Shown: positions 1 to 11,280 of the stretch, in pieces
Numbering within the stretch: position 1 is the stretch's first letter
Layout of the letters: every line of letters starts with the position of its first letter
NCBI GenBank assembly: GCA_000002445.1
Contig: AL929603.2
Coordinates: forward strand, 288,001-352,000
Direction of reading: 5' to 3'
Source of the DNA: Trypanosoma brucei
Lineage: Eukaryota
DNA: 64,000 nucleotides
The notes under the pieces: generated by a model
What the model saw: the letters and a program-made list of their open reading frames with translations, nothing else
Told to the model about the DNA's origin: nothing
Database searches by the model: none
Position numbers and translations under genes: made by a program

Positions 1-581
1 CGCTGTCAGTTACACTGCGACTTTGAGGGAACGGTGCCAGCGGTTTTCCGTTTGTGAGCTTGACGCCTCCCCCCTTTTGTTCTGAGAGCATCAGGTGCTC
101 TGCCCAATCAAACTGGTGCTACCTTCGTTATCACAAAACACCCTGTGTCTTAATATCTTTAGTAGCGACCAAGCGTCGCTGCTTGCTCTGTAGTTATTCC
201 GTTTGTGAGTCATACCAAGCGCCAAACCTTTGGGTTCAACTGTTTGCCAGTATTTGTGTTGAGGTCATTGAAGTTGTGTGGGCGTTTTGTAAGTTGTTGT
301 AGCGGGGGTTTTAACAGCGATGGTAAGACTGTGATGAAACGCGCCATCCCGTTGTTTAGATTGTTGCCCTCTTTGATATCACCCAGTGCTGCCTCGTGTT
401 CGCAACGATTCTGTGTTAACAAAACACGCACCATTTTACGTTTTTAGTTGTCTCAGAGGTCGCGGGGAATGCCAATAAATCATAGTACTTGTACGATGCT
501 TGGCTAATTGATACGGTCTTGCACTTTTCAAATGCTTCTCTTTCTTTTTTTACTTTCGTTGACGAAGTTGCCTATTTTTAA

Positions 582-1706
582 ATGAGTGGCGAAAACATTA
601 AAAATTTGCTGGCGCCGCAGCCAACGGTGGATCAAGGACCGTACAGTGGGAAGTATGAGAAGCGTATGGTGGATCTTCCAAAACCAACGTACTCAACGTT
701 TTACAACAAGAACAAAGAGTTCGACAGTACTCACCCCAGGTATTTCAAGCAACGTGACGCGGTTATCGGCCCAATAGTGAATGATACAGTGGATCCCAAG
801 AACTTTCTCCGCACAGGACAGGGGATCAAACACATTGTTCCACCTGTGCCCCATAAAAAGCAGCACCGAAAGGATTTTTTAGACTGCGGAGACATACGGA
901 AACGCACTCAGGGAGCGATGGAGCCGGCAGATCAACAACAGAAGGAAAGTTCGGGGATGGGTGGTATGGGATCTCTTGCAAATACAAATGGGGTGGGTGG
1001 GCAAGCGGGTGATGGCATTCGGGAGCACGACATGAGCTCCAACGACCCTGAGCGAAAGGGCGAGCAAGCTAACGGTGGCGACACCGGCTTGCGTGGCACC
1101 GGAAACGTTGAATCTGCTGTGGGATCATGTGACAACAAAAATAATTTCCAGGGGGCCGCAACAGGAGACAATGGGCGCTGCCACCTGAATTCACTTGACC
1201 GCTCACGTTGTAAAAAGGACTTTGTCACGTCAAACATTATTGATGTAGACAACATGGTCCCAAAACGGCGGAAAGATCAACCTGAGGATCCAACCCGCAG
1301 AAAGACATTTGGTCGGGTACCTGGGTATATAGGACGAGTGAAGGAGGTAATTGAGAAGGAGCGAATGCAACTTAAAGCAATTGGTGAGGCGAGAACGAAC
1401 AATCGCCTAGAGAGAGTGGGTAAATTTGTATACCGATTGGATGAGCAAGAAAGGCTAAACATGATCTCCAAATTACGAGCGAAGCTGACAGAAAAAGGTG
1501 CTGAGTTGAATAGAATGCCATTTGCTAAAGATACATATATTCAGATGAAGCGAAAGTCTGATTTGGAGAAGCGTATCAAGGAGATCGAGAGCTCTCTCGA
1601 GAAGCTGGAAAAAGACGCTGTGTTTATTTATAGCGATGATCCAAGGGTAGTTCACTGGACCAAGGACGCTGCTTTTGAGGAGGCCCGTCTCTTTGCCTCC
1701 GACTAG
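582..1706 (+). CDS. enkurin-domain flagellar protein
   Basis: ATG at 582. The C-terminal ~110 aa (GRVPGYIGRVKEVIEKERMQL...LDEQERLNMISKLRAKLTEKGAELNRMPFAKDTYIQMKRKSDLEKRIKEIESSLEKLEKDAVFIY) align motif-for-motif with the enkurin domain (GVVPKYL...LSPEELEER...W.ELN..YQ.LP...DT..K.RRKE.LE.E..QLEKDI). The N-terminal part carries a KNFLRTGQGIK motif as in enkurin. Confidence 0.6.
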   Translation: MSGENIKNLLAPQPTVDQGPYSGKYEKRMVDLPKPTYSTFYNKNKEFDSTHPRYFKQRDAVIGPIVNDTVDPKNFLRTGQGIKHIVPPVPHKKQHRKDFLDCGDIRKRTQGAMEPADQQQKESSGMGGMGSLANTNGVGGQAGDGIREHDMSSNDPERKGEQANGGDTGLRGTGNVESAVGSCDNKNNFQGAATGDNGRCHLNSLDRSRCKKDFVTSNIIDVDNMVPKRRKDQPEDPTRRKTFGRVPGYIGRVKEVIEKERMQLKAIGEARTNNRLERVGKFVYRLDEQERLNMISKLRAKLTEKGAELNRMPFAKDTYIQMKRKSDLEKRIKEIESSLEKLEKDAVFIYSDDPRVVHWTKDAAFEEARLFASD

Positions 1707-1892
1707 AGTTTAGAAAAGATGTACTTCGGGCAATGTATATCAATGTTTGTGAAACTGTGTGTACTTTCCCTCTATTATCATTCACTTCGTAATGTTTTTA
1801 CGGGTCGACCGCCATGTTTTTTCTGTTCATTCCGGGAAAGACCTGCAATACTTTTAACAAACATTTTGTTTCGTTAGAATGAAGGTAGTACT

Positions 1893-3155
1893 ATGCGTCG
1901 CTTATTGTGTCTCTCACGCACTCGTGTTTCCTTCATGAGGTGGAAGTTCGACGAAGTGGCACATCTTCGGGACCAGGTTAAGGCCTTGGACAACCGCATT
2001 GCATTCATTGAGGAGAGTCAGACCATCAAATCACTTCTTGCTTTCTACAGCTCCCGCCCACTGAGTAATATAAACACACCAAGCAAGTTCATCAGCTATT
2101 GTGCTGAGTCTGATCACAATGCCAAGGTTTTTTGTCATGCAGAACTACCAACGCTACTAGCAAGACTCATCACAACAATAGACTCGTTCCCGTGCGGTCT
2201 TAACGCGATGCTGCCCATCGTGTCGGTGAGGAACACTTTTCTCGATTCCTTTAAAAAGCTTATAAAGTGTGATTTCCCCGAAGATGGTGCGAAGAGTGAG
2301 CAGTTTCTGGATGTTGTCAAGGAAATCGAGGAGGCTCATATGAAGAGGGAAGTGTTGCTTACAATAGGCACCGGTCTTTTGCAGTTGAAGGATCTTCTTT
2401 CGTGTCATAAGCGCTTTATTCTACGAAACAAGTGGTCTGGTTCATACAAAGAAATGGAGGCATCATCCAATGACTGGCTGTTGGATCTCACAGGGCCACT
2501 GGATGACTTCTGTTTCCGTATGGTGAACTACAATTTCCTCTCACGAATGCTGTTGAACTCAGAAGTTGTGAAGAATAACATGGTTGATCTGGTTGATCTG
2601 CAAATAGATCTCGAGAAGGTTGTTCGCAATGCTGTAGAGGATGCTCAATCTATCTGCACCAATTTTTACGGCTCCTGCCCGGGGGTGAAGTTTATTATTT
2701 TGAAGGATGAAAAACCAATGAAGTTGGCGTACCTGAGTTCAACTATATCGTACGTTGTTATCGAGTTAATGAAGAATGCGTTCAGGGCAACTGTCGAATC
2801 GCATTCAGACCTTACATCACCCACCATTGATTGTGATGACGCACCTCAGGTGGAAGTTTTAGTGAATATAAAAGAGGGCTCCAGTCACGCCTGTATACGT
2901 ATTTCAGATGAGGGTCTCGGGATGACGGTAGCACAGGCGAAAATGGCGATGAGCTATGCTCACACGTCAGCAAAAAAGTGCCTCATTGGCTCCCACCTTG
3001 GACAAGAGGACGGTGGCGAGAACGTAGCGCCCCTGGCTGGTTACGGTTTCGGTCTTCCCATGTCGAGAGTTTATGCCCGGCACTTTGGTGGAGATCTTGT
3101 ACTGAACACGATGGAGGGGTACGGGACCAGTGTCTATTATTTTATCCAAATTTGA
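1893..3155 (+). CDS. mitochondrial pyruvate/branched-chain ketoacid dehydrogenase kinase-like (GHKL ATPase) protein kinase
   Basis: ATG at 1893. GHKL signature boxes are present: N-box ELMKNAFRAT, G1 ISDEGLGM, G2 GYGFGLPMSRVYARHFGGDL. Length of ~420 aa fits the PDK/BCKDK family. Confidence 0.7.
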   Translation: MRRLLCLSRTRVSFMRWKFDEVAHLRDQVKALDNRIAFIEESQTIKSLLAFYSSRPLSNINTPSKFISYCAESDHNAKVFCHAELPTLLARLITTIDSFPCGLNAMLPIVSVRNTFLDSFKKLIKCDFPEDGAKSEQFLDVVKEIEEAHMKREVLLTIGTGLLQLKDLLSCHKRFILRNKWSGSYKEMEASSNDWLLDLTGPLDDFCFRMVNYNFLSRMLLNSEVVKNNMVDLVDLQIDLEKVVRNAVEDAQSICTNFYGSCPGVKFIILKDEKPMKLAYLSSTISYVVIELMKNAFRATVESHSDLTSPTIDCDDAPQVEVLVNIKEGSSHACIRISDEGLGMTVAQAKMAMSYAHTSAKKCLIGSHLGQEDGGENVAPLAGYGFGLPMSRVYARHFGGDLVLNTMEGYGTSVYYFIQI

Positions 3156-3584
3156 GGGAATCTTATTACTTTTGATCGATACCCGAGCACTATTTTGATG
3201 TTTAGTTAATCGTTTCGTTTAGTTGCCCCTTGGTGTTCCTTGGTACCATTTGCTAATTCGGTCATTGCGCGCGCGGTGGGCGGAAAGCCGTTTGTAGTGG
3301 GATTTGCGCTAACGTGATCCCTGCGGCATATGTTTATTTACATGCTCCTCCTCATGGTCAGCCAAAGTGTCCGATTCAGGTAGTACTTTTTGAACTTTCT
3401 AACTTTTTTATACTTTTCTTTTTATGTTTGTGAACGATTCGAGTTAACTCTATTCCGTCCGTTCTCGTATCCCCCTTGTCAGGTGGAGAATAATGAGTGC
3501 GCTTACCAGCCGTGAGGGCTGTTATGTTGTCTATATCTTTTCCATTTATCCATTCGCTCCCTAGGTCAGTACGTAGTTGCTAGG

Positions 3585-5744
3585 ATGGACGGCAGTGAGT
3601 GCTTTCTCGTGACACCGACTCGGTGGGGGCTTATGCTAGAATACGAGCGTGAGGATGCTGTTGCTTTGCTGCGCCAGAAACTTGCTTTTTTCTCATCAGA
3701 CAGTCTAACTTTGACTGAAAGGGAAGATGTACTTTTATCATCCGGTGCAGAGTCCTCGAAGACAGACTCACTGTTGATTTACGGGTCAGTAGCACTGGTT
3801 CGCAAGGAGGCATTTCTATGGTTTCTTAGAGTTATTAGGCTGACGCTCGTGGAGGATATGGCCTCACAGGTTGTCATTTGCCCGCAAGTAGGGGACGCCG
3901 TGCCAAATCTACTGCTACCTCCCTTATGGGAAACAGGACAAACGAAGAGCTTCCGCCGATGGAGCGTCGTTTACTGGGCAATGCGATGTGGAATTCTTCG
4001 GGGTATTAAAAAGCGGTATGAGCTGACACAATTATATTTGGATCAAATTGTGAGCATTGGAGCTGGTGGTGACGACTTTGACGTGCGCGAAGAGGAGGAG
4101 GCAGCATTTCTGCAGGAGAAGTTGTTCCACAATGCCCATCAGGAACTTCGAGAGAGTGTTTTGGAGGCGAAGAATGCGCCATTCGATATCTATCATAGCG
4201 CTTGTAATGAGGAAAGGATCAACCTCTCGTTTGTAGTCTCAAATGTACCCACACTCATCGTCGTTTGGGCCAGCTGGGATGGCGCCTCGCTTGATTGGCT
4301 GAGGAAGAACATCTTCAATCGGGAGGTCACTTGCAGTTGCGACCCCGTCCCGCGGCCAACTTTCGTCGCCGATCTGAAAATCAGGGATCCGTGGCTACGG
4401 GTCGTGAGGGAGTTTACTTCTATTCCCAATGGGGAAGCGAACCAGCCGGTTGAGGAAGTGTCGGGAATTGCCAAGTGTGCTCAGATAGTATTAATTAGTG
4501 TTGATGAAGAGCAAGGCGCAGCTGTCGGCTGCCTGAAGGGGTTGATAGATGGGATTGATGGATGGAAGAGTCCCATTGTCCCCCTAATGCCGCTGTGGAG
4601 TGGTCCAAAGGGTATGCTAAGTGAACTCTCATCTGCCCTTGGTTTCTCGAGGCTTCCGTACTTTATGGCCGTTCAAAATACCCGTGTTGAGACTGCGAAG
4701 GGGGATGCCAAGCAGTTTCCGCGCATCTGTTACGTTACTCCTAATGGGCAGGGGGAGGTCCCCCCAACCCAGTCATGTACTGAGGGTAATACTGCTGAAC
4801 TTGGAGAGTGTGGGATGAACTCGCCAGATTGGCATCTTGTCGATAAGGGGGAACGTCAGCGCGTGACTGGTGAAATCGAGCGATTTTTATTATCCACTGA
4901 TGCACCTTTGCGTTTCCACGCTCGTGTTGACAAAACATATCATTCTCTTGGGACGCCCACGTTGGCGTCATCAGAGTCCCACCAACCTGACGTATCGTCG
5001 TTTGTGTCCCTGTCAGGAACTATTTCTTCGCTTGATTTAGCGAAGCTAAAGAATGCGTTGCGCGTCTTTGCTGGTGTTCGGAACAGCGCCGTAAACCTAA
5101 ATGTTATTAAGCCTTCGTGCCCGTTACTGGTTGAGCTGAACCCTGCTACTCCAACAAAATACATTCGGGGGGTGCAACGGTGTGTCACGTGTAGTGAATG
5201 TCACAAGGATATATTAATAGATAAGGAATACCACTTTAGATGCATTCAGTGTAGCCAGGTAAATGGAACTCTCTGCAAGATCTGCTTTGAGGGCGCCAAA
5301 CATCCGGCCCACCACATACTACTGAGGATGAACGTCGAAACCCCAACAACAGTGGAGTTGCTTTGGGGCCCTTCAAATGTTGCACCATTAGAACTTTTTC
5401 GAGGAGTACTCGTGACGAACAAGAGGAACACACACATTGGTGTGTACTGCAATTTATGTGCCCAACTTGTGCGTGGCAGACGTTGGAAATGCGCCATGTG
5501 CTACGATTTCGACATATGTAATGGGTGTATCGAGGAAAATTGTATGAAGTTCAGCGATGCCGGCGAAGTGAGTTTTGTTGTTTCGGACGGCGTCGGACAT
5601 GGCCAGAAGAATACTTTGTCGAGTTCTTACCATACAAAGGATCACATGTTTTTGTGCGTCCGTCACGCATGTGGCTCCGCTGGTGACGCATGTTTGAGGC
5701 CAGTAATGGAGCCGAATGCGGTAAAGCTTCTTCTGGAAGGATAG
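3585..5744 (+). CDS. hypothetical protein with two C-terminal ZZ-type zinc fingers
   Basis: 719-aa ORF starting at ATG 3585. Two Cys/His clusters of ZZ type: CVTCSECHKD...HFRCIQCSQVNGTLCKICFEGAKHPAHH and YCNLCAQLVRGRRWKCAMCYDFDICNGC. The N-terminal region has a thioredoxin-fold-like stretch (PTLIVVWASWDG), which is speculative. Confidence 0.5.
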   Translation: MDGSECFLVTPTRWGLMLEYEREDAVALLRQKLAFFSSDSLTLTEREDVLLSSGAESSKTDSLLIYGSVALVRKEAFLWFLRVIRLTLVEDMASQVVICPQVGDAVPNLLLPPLWETGQTKSFRRWSVVYWAMRCGILRGIKKRYELTQLYLDQIVSIGAGGDDFDVREEEEAAFLQEKLFHNAHQELRESVLEAKNAPFDIYHSACNEERINLSFVVSNVPTLIVVWASWDGASLDWLRKNIFNREVTCSCDPVPRPTFVADLKIRDPWLRVVREFTSIPNGEANQPVEEVSGIAKCAQIVLISVDEEQGAAVGCLKGLIDGIDGWKSPIVPLMPLWSGPKGMLSELSSALGFSRLPYFMAVQNTRVETAKGDAKQFPRICYVTPNGQGEVPPTQSCTEGNTAELGECGMNSPDWHLVDKGERQRVTGEIERFLLSTDAPLRFHARVDKTYHSLGTPTLASSESHQPDVSSFVSLSGTISSLDLAKLKNALRVFAGVRNSAVNLNVIKPSCPLLVELNPATPTKYIRGVQRCVTCSECHKDILIDKEYHFRCIQCSQVNGTLCKICFEGAKHPAHHILLRMNVETPTTVELLWGPSNVAPLELFRGVLVTNKRNTHIGVYCNLCAQLVRGRRWKCAMCYDFDICNGCIEENCMKFSDAGEVSFVVSDGVGHGQKNTLSSSYHTKDHMFLCVRHACGSAGDACLRPVMEPNAVKLLLEG

Positions 5745-6227
5745 TGGACCTTGGAAGGGCTAAGAGTCACATTGCTCGCACGTTTGTACTAACAGGGTGA
5801 TGTCTGACTTATTCTATCAGTTCACAGTTTATTATGTTTAGTTCCACTTCACGGAAGACTGTCGCGGAGTTCTGCGGAAGAAGAAAAAATAAAAGAGGTA
5901 ATGTAGCCTCCGAAATGCGCGGTGCACCCAGTATGGCTCCAGAAACGAACTTTGGTATCCATGCATCCACCCATGTTTGTTTTCACAACACTATACTGCT
6001 TGAGCGCAGAGTGTTGTCGTCCCTTCAATATTTGCAGCTTTATCCTCTTTTTTAATCATTTGCTTCACCTCTTGTTATATTACTTGCGTTAATATGTCGA
6101 AAGTGATCGCAAGGACGTTAGTTGTACCCCCGCCGCTGGTCTCGGGTGGTGTAATCGACTATTCGTTGGTAAAAGTGTCCCGGGCATCCGGGGCTGCGAG
6201 GGTCATTACGTTTACCGTGCCGAAGCT

Positions 6228-7508
6228 ATGGGTTGTGCAGGGAGTCAGCAGCAAAAACCTCGTAGCAATCAAAATATACGTACAAAAGATGAAGGTGTGG
6301 GACCCACCGAACCCTTTGGTGCTCAAAACGGGGACGAATTTCGTTCGTGCGAGCTCTCCACCGTCGAAAGACCGATACGACTGGCTTCACCAGGCTCGCT
6401 GAGTCGGCTTGAAGCGCAACAAAATTGCAGAGAGACATCACACCGACGCAGAAAGGCTTCAAAAATCAGTGGGAAGGACAACTTTTATTTTTCCCACTGT
6501 AGCGTAGGGGGCAACGGGCGATCGAAGAGTAGAGGGACTTATAAACTTGCAAGCCAAGATACCTTTGCTGACGGGGAGATGACTTTAACCATTCTTAGCA
6601 ATTCCAGCTCCCCCCAGCTGCTTCGTATCCAGCCGTCAGAGCGGGCACAACAGGGTGATGGGACGTGGGAATGGTGGTATGAACAAGTGGAGAAGCTGCT
6701 TGTGACCAAGGACTGTAACTCGCGTACAAGGCTTCAGGACATCCCCAACCGCCTGACAAGGCAATACGATGCGGACAAAGAGCATGTGGAGCTGGACCTG
6801 AGTTGGTGTTTTATGGAACGTTCTGCCCCGTATGTTCTGAGTCGCCTTCTTGCAAGTCCTTATCTGGTGGAAATTCGATGGGTTACAGCCTTGCGGCTCG
6901 ACGGCAACTACTTCACAGATGATGGATTCGGAAGCATGCTGGAGGTAATGAGTACCGTAAATGAAACGCAACTGACTTTGCCCCTTTTAAGGCATCTGTA
7001 TCTTAATAATATGAACCTTGACCATCATAGCCTTCATGGGATTTTGTTTTACTTGTTTCCAGTGGACGATGCCTGCTACCCTTCCGTGGGTTTGACTTCC
7101 GATAGCCGAGCGATCGCAGGAAGAGCGTTTGGAAAGCCCCCAAAGGCGTATTTGCCCTTCAACAGTGCCCCACGTATCGCTCTGTTTCCATCGCTGACAG
7201 TACTCAGCTTGTGCGATAATCCTGGGATCGGGAACCTCGGTCTCATAGAGTTGTTAAGGTGTTTTCTTGCATCACATTACGAGCATCGGGTCCTGCCTGT
7301 GCTCGACATGTCTCGCTGTGGCATCGATGAGGTGGGTGCAAGATGTATTCGTGAATATATTGAGAAGCTCCCACTCGCAGTGGAGGAAAACCGTCCGGTG
7401 GTGACCACCCAGCGCATTGTGCTGTATGGAAACAGGCACAGTGCTGATCGCGTAGTTGCCGCCGCCACGGACGATTCGCCGTACGATACTGCGAGTGTTG
7501 TGGGATAG
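6228..7508 (+). CDS. N-myristoylation/palmitoylation-motif (MGCAGS) leucine-rich-repeat protein, RNI-like LRR
   Basis: ATG at 6228 encodes MGCAGSQQQK (Gly2, Cys3, Ser6 dual-acylation consensus). The C-terminal half has RNI-type LRRs (LDMSRCGIDEVGARCIREYI, LSLCDNPGIGNLGLIELL, LYLNNMNLD). Confidence 0.5.
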   Translation: MGCAGSQQQKPRSNQNIRTKDEGVGPTEPFGAQNGDEFRSCELSTVERPIRLASPGSLSRLEAQQNCRETSHRRRKASKISGKDNFYFSHCSVGGNGRSKSRGTYKLASQDTFADGEMTLTILSNSSSPQLLRIQPSERAQQGDGTWEWWYEQVEKLLVTKDCNSRTRLQDIPNRLTRQYDADKEHVELDLSWCFMERSAPYVLSRLLASPYLVEIRWVTALRLDGNYFTDDGFGSMLEVMSTVNETQLTLPLLRHLYLNNMNLDHHSLHGILFYLFPVDDACYPSVGLTSDSRAIAGRAFGKPPKAYLPFNSAPRIALFPSLTVLSLCDNPGIGNLGLIELLRCFLASHYEHRVLPVLDMSRCGIDEVGARCIREYIEKLPLAVEENRPVVTTQRIVLYGNRHSADRVVAAATDDSPYDTASVVG

Positions 7509-8393
7509 GGGTGTGGCAGGACACGTAACGTGAAGCAGCATAGAAATTGCTATATTTTATAACGCATCCCGGCCAGTGGCTATGCAACTCAGCTGGTGAT
7601 GGTCTTGTACGAAATTCTCAATGCTCGTATCGTGTGACGTAAAACAGCACAACTGCTGTTGTATTTTCTTGCTATACATGACGACAAAACGAAAAAAAAA
7701 GAGATTGCACAGGTATGCTTACGTGTATGTTTCTACATTGCGGTGGGCCGCATGCTAGTGAGGAGGGAATGCCAAACGTAGGTCTGATCCCTTCCATTCA
7801 TTGTCGTCATTCTTAGTTGATAGAAGTGACTGATAACCAAGCGCCTGCGCAAAACCGTTCTGCTACTACAGACCCTTCATGCGCGGAGGGCACTGTAGTT
7901 GCTTTATTGCCAGAGGGCGGGAAACAAAGCGGTCGACGTACACACACGTACATACATATTTGCGTGTACATGTGCACATATTCTTTTCTTGACCCCCAGC
8001 GATTTGTTTTTTTTCTTTTGATACCGCCGAAATTTTATGTTTTTTTTTCACCAGCACGCAAAAAAGCACGCGAATCTATGCCAATCTTGTAGAACGTTAT
8101 ATGAGTACGGAATGGAGCGCTAGGGGGGATGACGAGTGGGCGCCCCTCAGAGGGAAGTATCGGAATGGGACGAACCGCTCCTTTGTGGGAACACGGGCCA
8201 CCCTTAAGACAATACCTTGCAATAAAGGTCTTTTTTTTTACTACTCGCGTTGCGCATCGCACATAGGTCTGCATTCTTTCTTTTTCCCTTCCCCGCTGTA
8301 GGGCATAGGTGTTTCTTCGGTTGAGGCATTATCGTTGGCGGAGATCGAAGTAGGTTAACATACGGATACAAGTGCGAGTGAGCTGAAGTGGCT

Positions 8394-8645
8394 ATGTTTC
8401 GCTCGTCGATGGTAGTGCGGTCCTTTACGCAGGAATCTTTTTATCGCATGAGCAAGTACATCAAGAGCCGCAACCCCAACGAGAGGTACCTGCGCACTGG
8501 CCACATTGTACTTGAAACGCTAAAGAGGTACCATTCGTATGTGTTGGCCCTGGTATTTACTCTGGGGGTCACGTGCTACGACCAAATCAAGCACCCAGAG
8601 AAAATTAGAGTACCCGTACACGATGGTCGATCACTTGTTCTTTAG
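8394..8645 (+). CDS. small hypothetical protein with one predicted transmembrane helix (candidate unannotated small ORF)
   Basis: Track ORF starts at GTG 8388; first ATG is 8394. It is preceded by a polyY tract at 8230-8300. The sequence is not low-complexity and has a hydrophobic segment YVLALVFTLGVTCY. No homolog recognised. Confidence 0.25.
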   Translation: MFRSSMVVRSFTQESFYRMSKYIKSRNPNERYLRTGHIVLETLKRYHSYVLALVFTLGVTCYDQIKHPEKIRVPVHDGRSLVL

Positions 8646-8967
8646 TACATAGCCCGGAGAATGTTTGGTGGCCGCCAAAGTTGTCAAATTCCTTTGGCGC
8701 GCATGTATACGTAAACGCGTGTGAGAGCGTACGGTGGCTTATTGATTCTGACTGCTATATATATTTTTCGAATGCCATATAGTCGAGTTGTTCGGTCTCT
8801 GTCTTTTTCTGTTGCTGGTGCGCTTTGTAGCACTGAGCCCAACGTCTCTCTCCCTTGTTTACACATTTACGGGGTTTCTATATATATATATATATATTAC
8901 ATGGGTATCACTTTCAGTTTACTGCCGGTAGTTTGCTGAAGTCTCAGTAGTGCTCTAGCGAGCTACG

Positions 8968-10341
8968 ATGAGTCGTTTTGCCGCAAGCGGTGACGGGAAG
9001 GTTGTGGCAAGGAAGGAAAGAGCTTTAATGTCGGTCAAGAACTTCATTGAGTTGATCCCACTTGACATCGACCTCGAAACGACACGGCAACTTGTTTTAA
9101 AGGGAAAAAATATCACGGCAATTCCGCCAAATATCGGTACTCTTCTTCGAGAGGTTCGGAGGTTGGATCTATCAACTAATGATGTGCGTGATATAACACC
9201 GTTGGCGACGCTCGCCAACCTCACATCTATAAATCTCACGCGAAACCCTCACCTCCTATCCATAGCACCCCTTGCGTCTCTACACCTTACCGTAGTCGTC
9301 GTGGCTCACTGTGGCCTCCGATCGCTTGTCGGCCTTGAAGGTAGTGCAGGGACGCTCAAAACCCTCGTGGTGAACGACAACAATTTGCTCCTGCGGTCAC
9401 CCTCTGGAAAATGCGTAGAAGGAGCGGGTGCTGACGAAATCGCAACTGCAGTGAAGAACTATGACGTTATCGCGGACCTTACGGAGTGCGAAACGCTCGT
9501 TCTCTCCAGGAACCCGCTCCTTTGTAGCCTATATGCGGGACCAACAGAGGAGGATAAGACTCATCCACAAAAGAAGGCTGAAGCGGGAGAGGAAACAAAA
9601 TGCGAACCAGATTGGGAACACCCTCTGTCTGCAATCGTGAAGATGACCTGTCTGAAGAAACTTTCACTTAGCGGCTGTGGCTTAACGTCTTTACCGCGAC
9701 ACTGGTTTATACCCAAGGTCACAGAGCTGCGGCTGAGTCAGAACAAACTGAAGAGTTTGGTTCCAGAAGGTGTTCTTTTTCGTTCTGTGAAAATTTTGGA
9801 CGTTAGCCACAATGAATTGAAGGAGGCGTCTACGTTGCGGCGGTGTCGCTTTGTTTACCACTTAGGTGTTCGCGGTAATCCATTTGTGGAAGATGGTAAT
9901 GTGTCTACGGGGGCAAAGAGAAAGGCGGGGAAGGGAGACGACGACAACAAGAGCGAAAGCCCACCTCCAGCGAAAAAGAATCTTGGGGTAGTGCTGCAGT
10001 ACCTCATGCGGATTATGCCCCACTTAGAAATGGTGGACGGCACACCTTTGGCGCAACTGCTGCCGACCGAGCAAGACGATGAGCGGAAGGAAACTGTGGA
10101 GTTTACGGCCAATAAACAGGAAGAGAGTGCTGAAAGTGTGGCAGATGACGGCGGATCTAAAGTACCGGAAGAGGAAGATAATGCATTGGAACCTCCGGAA
10201 ACATCAGAGTTGGGCAAACCTGCCATCGTCCGACGGGGGCAAACAAACTTACTCGCTACAAAGAAGAGAAGGCTCTCTGCTGAGGGCGCAGCCGTCACGC
10301 AAATACTGCTTAAAAGAAAGACTGAGGCCTCAGGTTGGTAA
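8968..10341 (+). CDS. leucine-rich repeat protein (SDS22-like LRRs) with acidic/basic C-terminal tail
   Basis: ATG at 8968. Consecutive ~22-aa LRRs (LDLSTNDVRDITPLATLANLTSINLTRNPHLLSIAPLASL..., LRLSQNKLKSLVPEG, LDVSHNELKE). The C-terminal region is charged, with KKRRLS. Confidence 0.55.
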   Translation: MSRFAASGDGKVVARKERALMSVKNFIELIPLDIDLETTRQLVLKGKNITAIPPNIGTLLREVRRLDLSTNDVRDITPLATLANLTSINLTRNPHLLSIAPLASLHLTVVVVAHCGLRSLVGLEGSAGTLKTLVVNDNNLLLRSPSGKCVEGAGADEIATAVKNYDVIADLTECETLVLSRNPLLCSLYAGPTEEDKTHPQKKAEAGEETKCEPDWEHPLSAIVKMTCLKKLSLSGCGLTSLPRHWFIPKVTELRLSQNKLKSLVPEGVLFRSVKILDVSHNELKEASTLRRCRFVYHLGVRGNPFVEDGNVSTGAKRKAGKGDDDNKSESPPPAKKNLGVVLQYLMRIMPHLEMVDGTPLAQLLPTEQDDERKETVEFTANKQEESAESVADDGGSKVPEEEDNALEPPETSELGKPAIVRRGQTNLLATKKRRLSAEGAAVTQILLKRKTEASGW

Positions 10342-10770
10342 GCGAAACGCATTGCCGACACTGTGCCTCAGCTTCTCGGTGCGACAAAAGAAGTGGCCCA
10401 GGTGTGCCGATGGAACGTCTTAAATTTTTCAAGTAGTACATCAGTTAAGTTTTACACGTAGAATCTCTCTGTATTGTCGACAGACACTGCGTGTTTGCCT
10501 ATCTCCTCATACCTTGCGTGTTGCTAAGGATTGGTGATAACTTTTTCCCGCTACAACAAAAATATTTGTTTGTTAAAAACCTATAATCAGAACCATATTC
10601 TGCCGGTTAGTTGTATACCCACATTAGTGAATATGAGGTTGGTTCTCACATAACCATGGGGAGCCGCACACATCATGAATACCCGATAATAAACCTGTAC
10701 AGCTTAATGTATACTTAAACTTCTATGCTCTTTCCCCCCTTTTTTACCATTCTCACTACTGTGAACAGTA

Positions 10771-11280
10771 ATGTGGCGGGTGAAACCCTTAGTTTGGTTG
10801 GCTGCTCGCGATGTCAACACCCTCCGTACTGTCTCTTCACTTCACTCCCGAACCCGGCAAGAGGATGTCACCATCAGTGGAAATGACAAAGTGACAAGAA
10901 ATAGGGAGCGTAACTACGCAGCGGCACCGTCTGGATGCTTTCGCTTTGATTTACCGACTGCATCGCTGCATTCGGAACTTTCAAGAGGCCGTCGTTATGA
11001 TGTACCGAAGGGAAAATCATGTAGCGGCCAATGGGCCTCAAAAGGTAAAATATGCACAACTACCAATAATGGGAGAGCTGCAGTGGGAACAGGTAAGGAA
11101 CCTTCAATGGGACCGCTTCCATCTTCCCGGAGTTCCGGCACCCGATTCCCAGTTGATTATCGACGGATGAAAGAGTCTCACAAGGTGGAGGCTGGTAATG
11201 CTGTGAATTCAACAATATCGAGTAGTGACAGCAGGGCACCGTCGAAACGAATTAGTGTTCGAGTCATCGCTTTGGAGTAA
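10771..11280 (+). CDS. hypothetical protein (Ser/Arg/Gly-rich)
   Basis: ATG at 10771 lies immediately after a polyY tract (10728-10770, ...ctctttccccccttttttaccattctcactactgtgaacagtaATG). Composition is biased and no homolog is recognised. Confidence 0.3.
   Translation: MWRVKPLVWLAARDVNTLRTVSSLHSRTRQEDVTISGNDKVTRNRERNYAAAPSGCFRFDLPTASLHSELSRGRRYDVPKGKSCSGQWASKGKICTTTNNGRAAVGTGKEPSMGPLPSSRSSGTRFPVDYRRMKESHKVEAGNAVNSTISSSDSRAPSKRISVRVIALE

Noticed and set aside
1-581. Short ORFs at the 5' edge of the window (54..302, 205..447, 210..434)
   Set aside because: Mutually overlapping, with no motifs. The region looks like a 3' UTR or intergenic sequence of an upstream gene outside the window.
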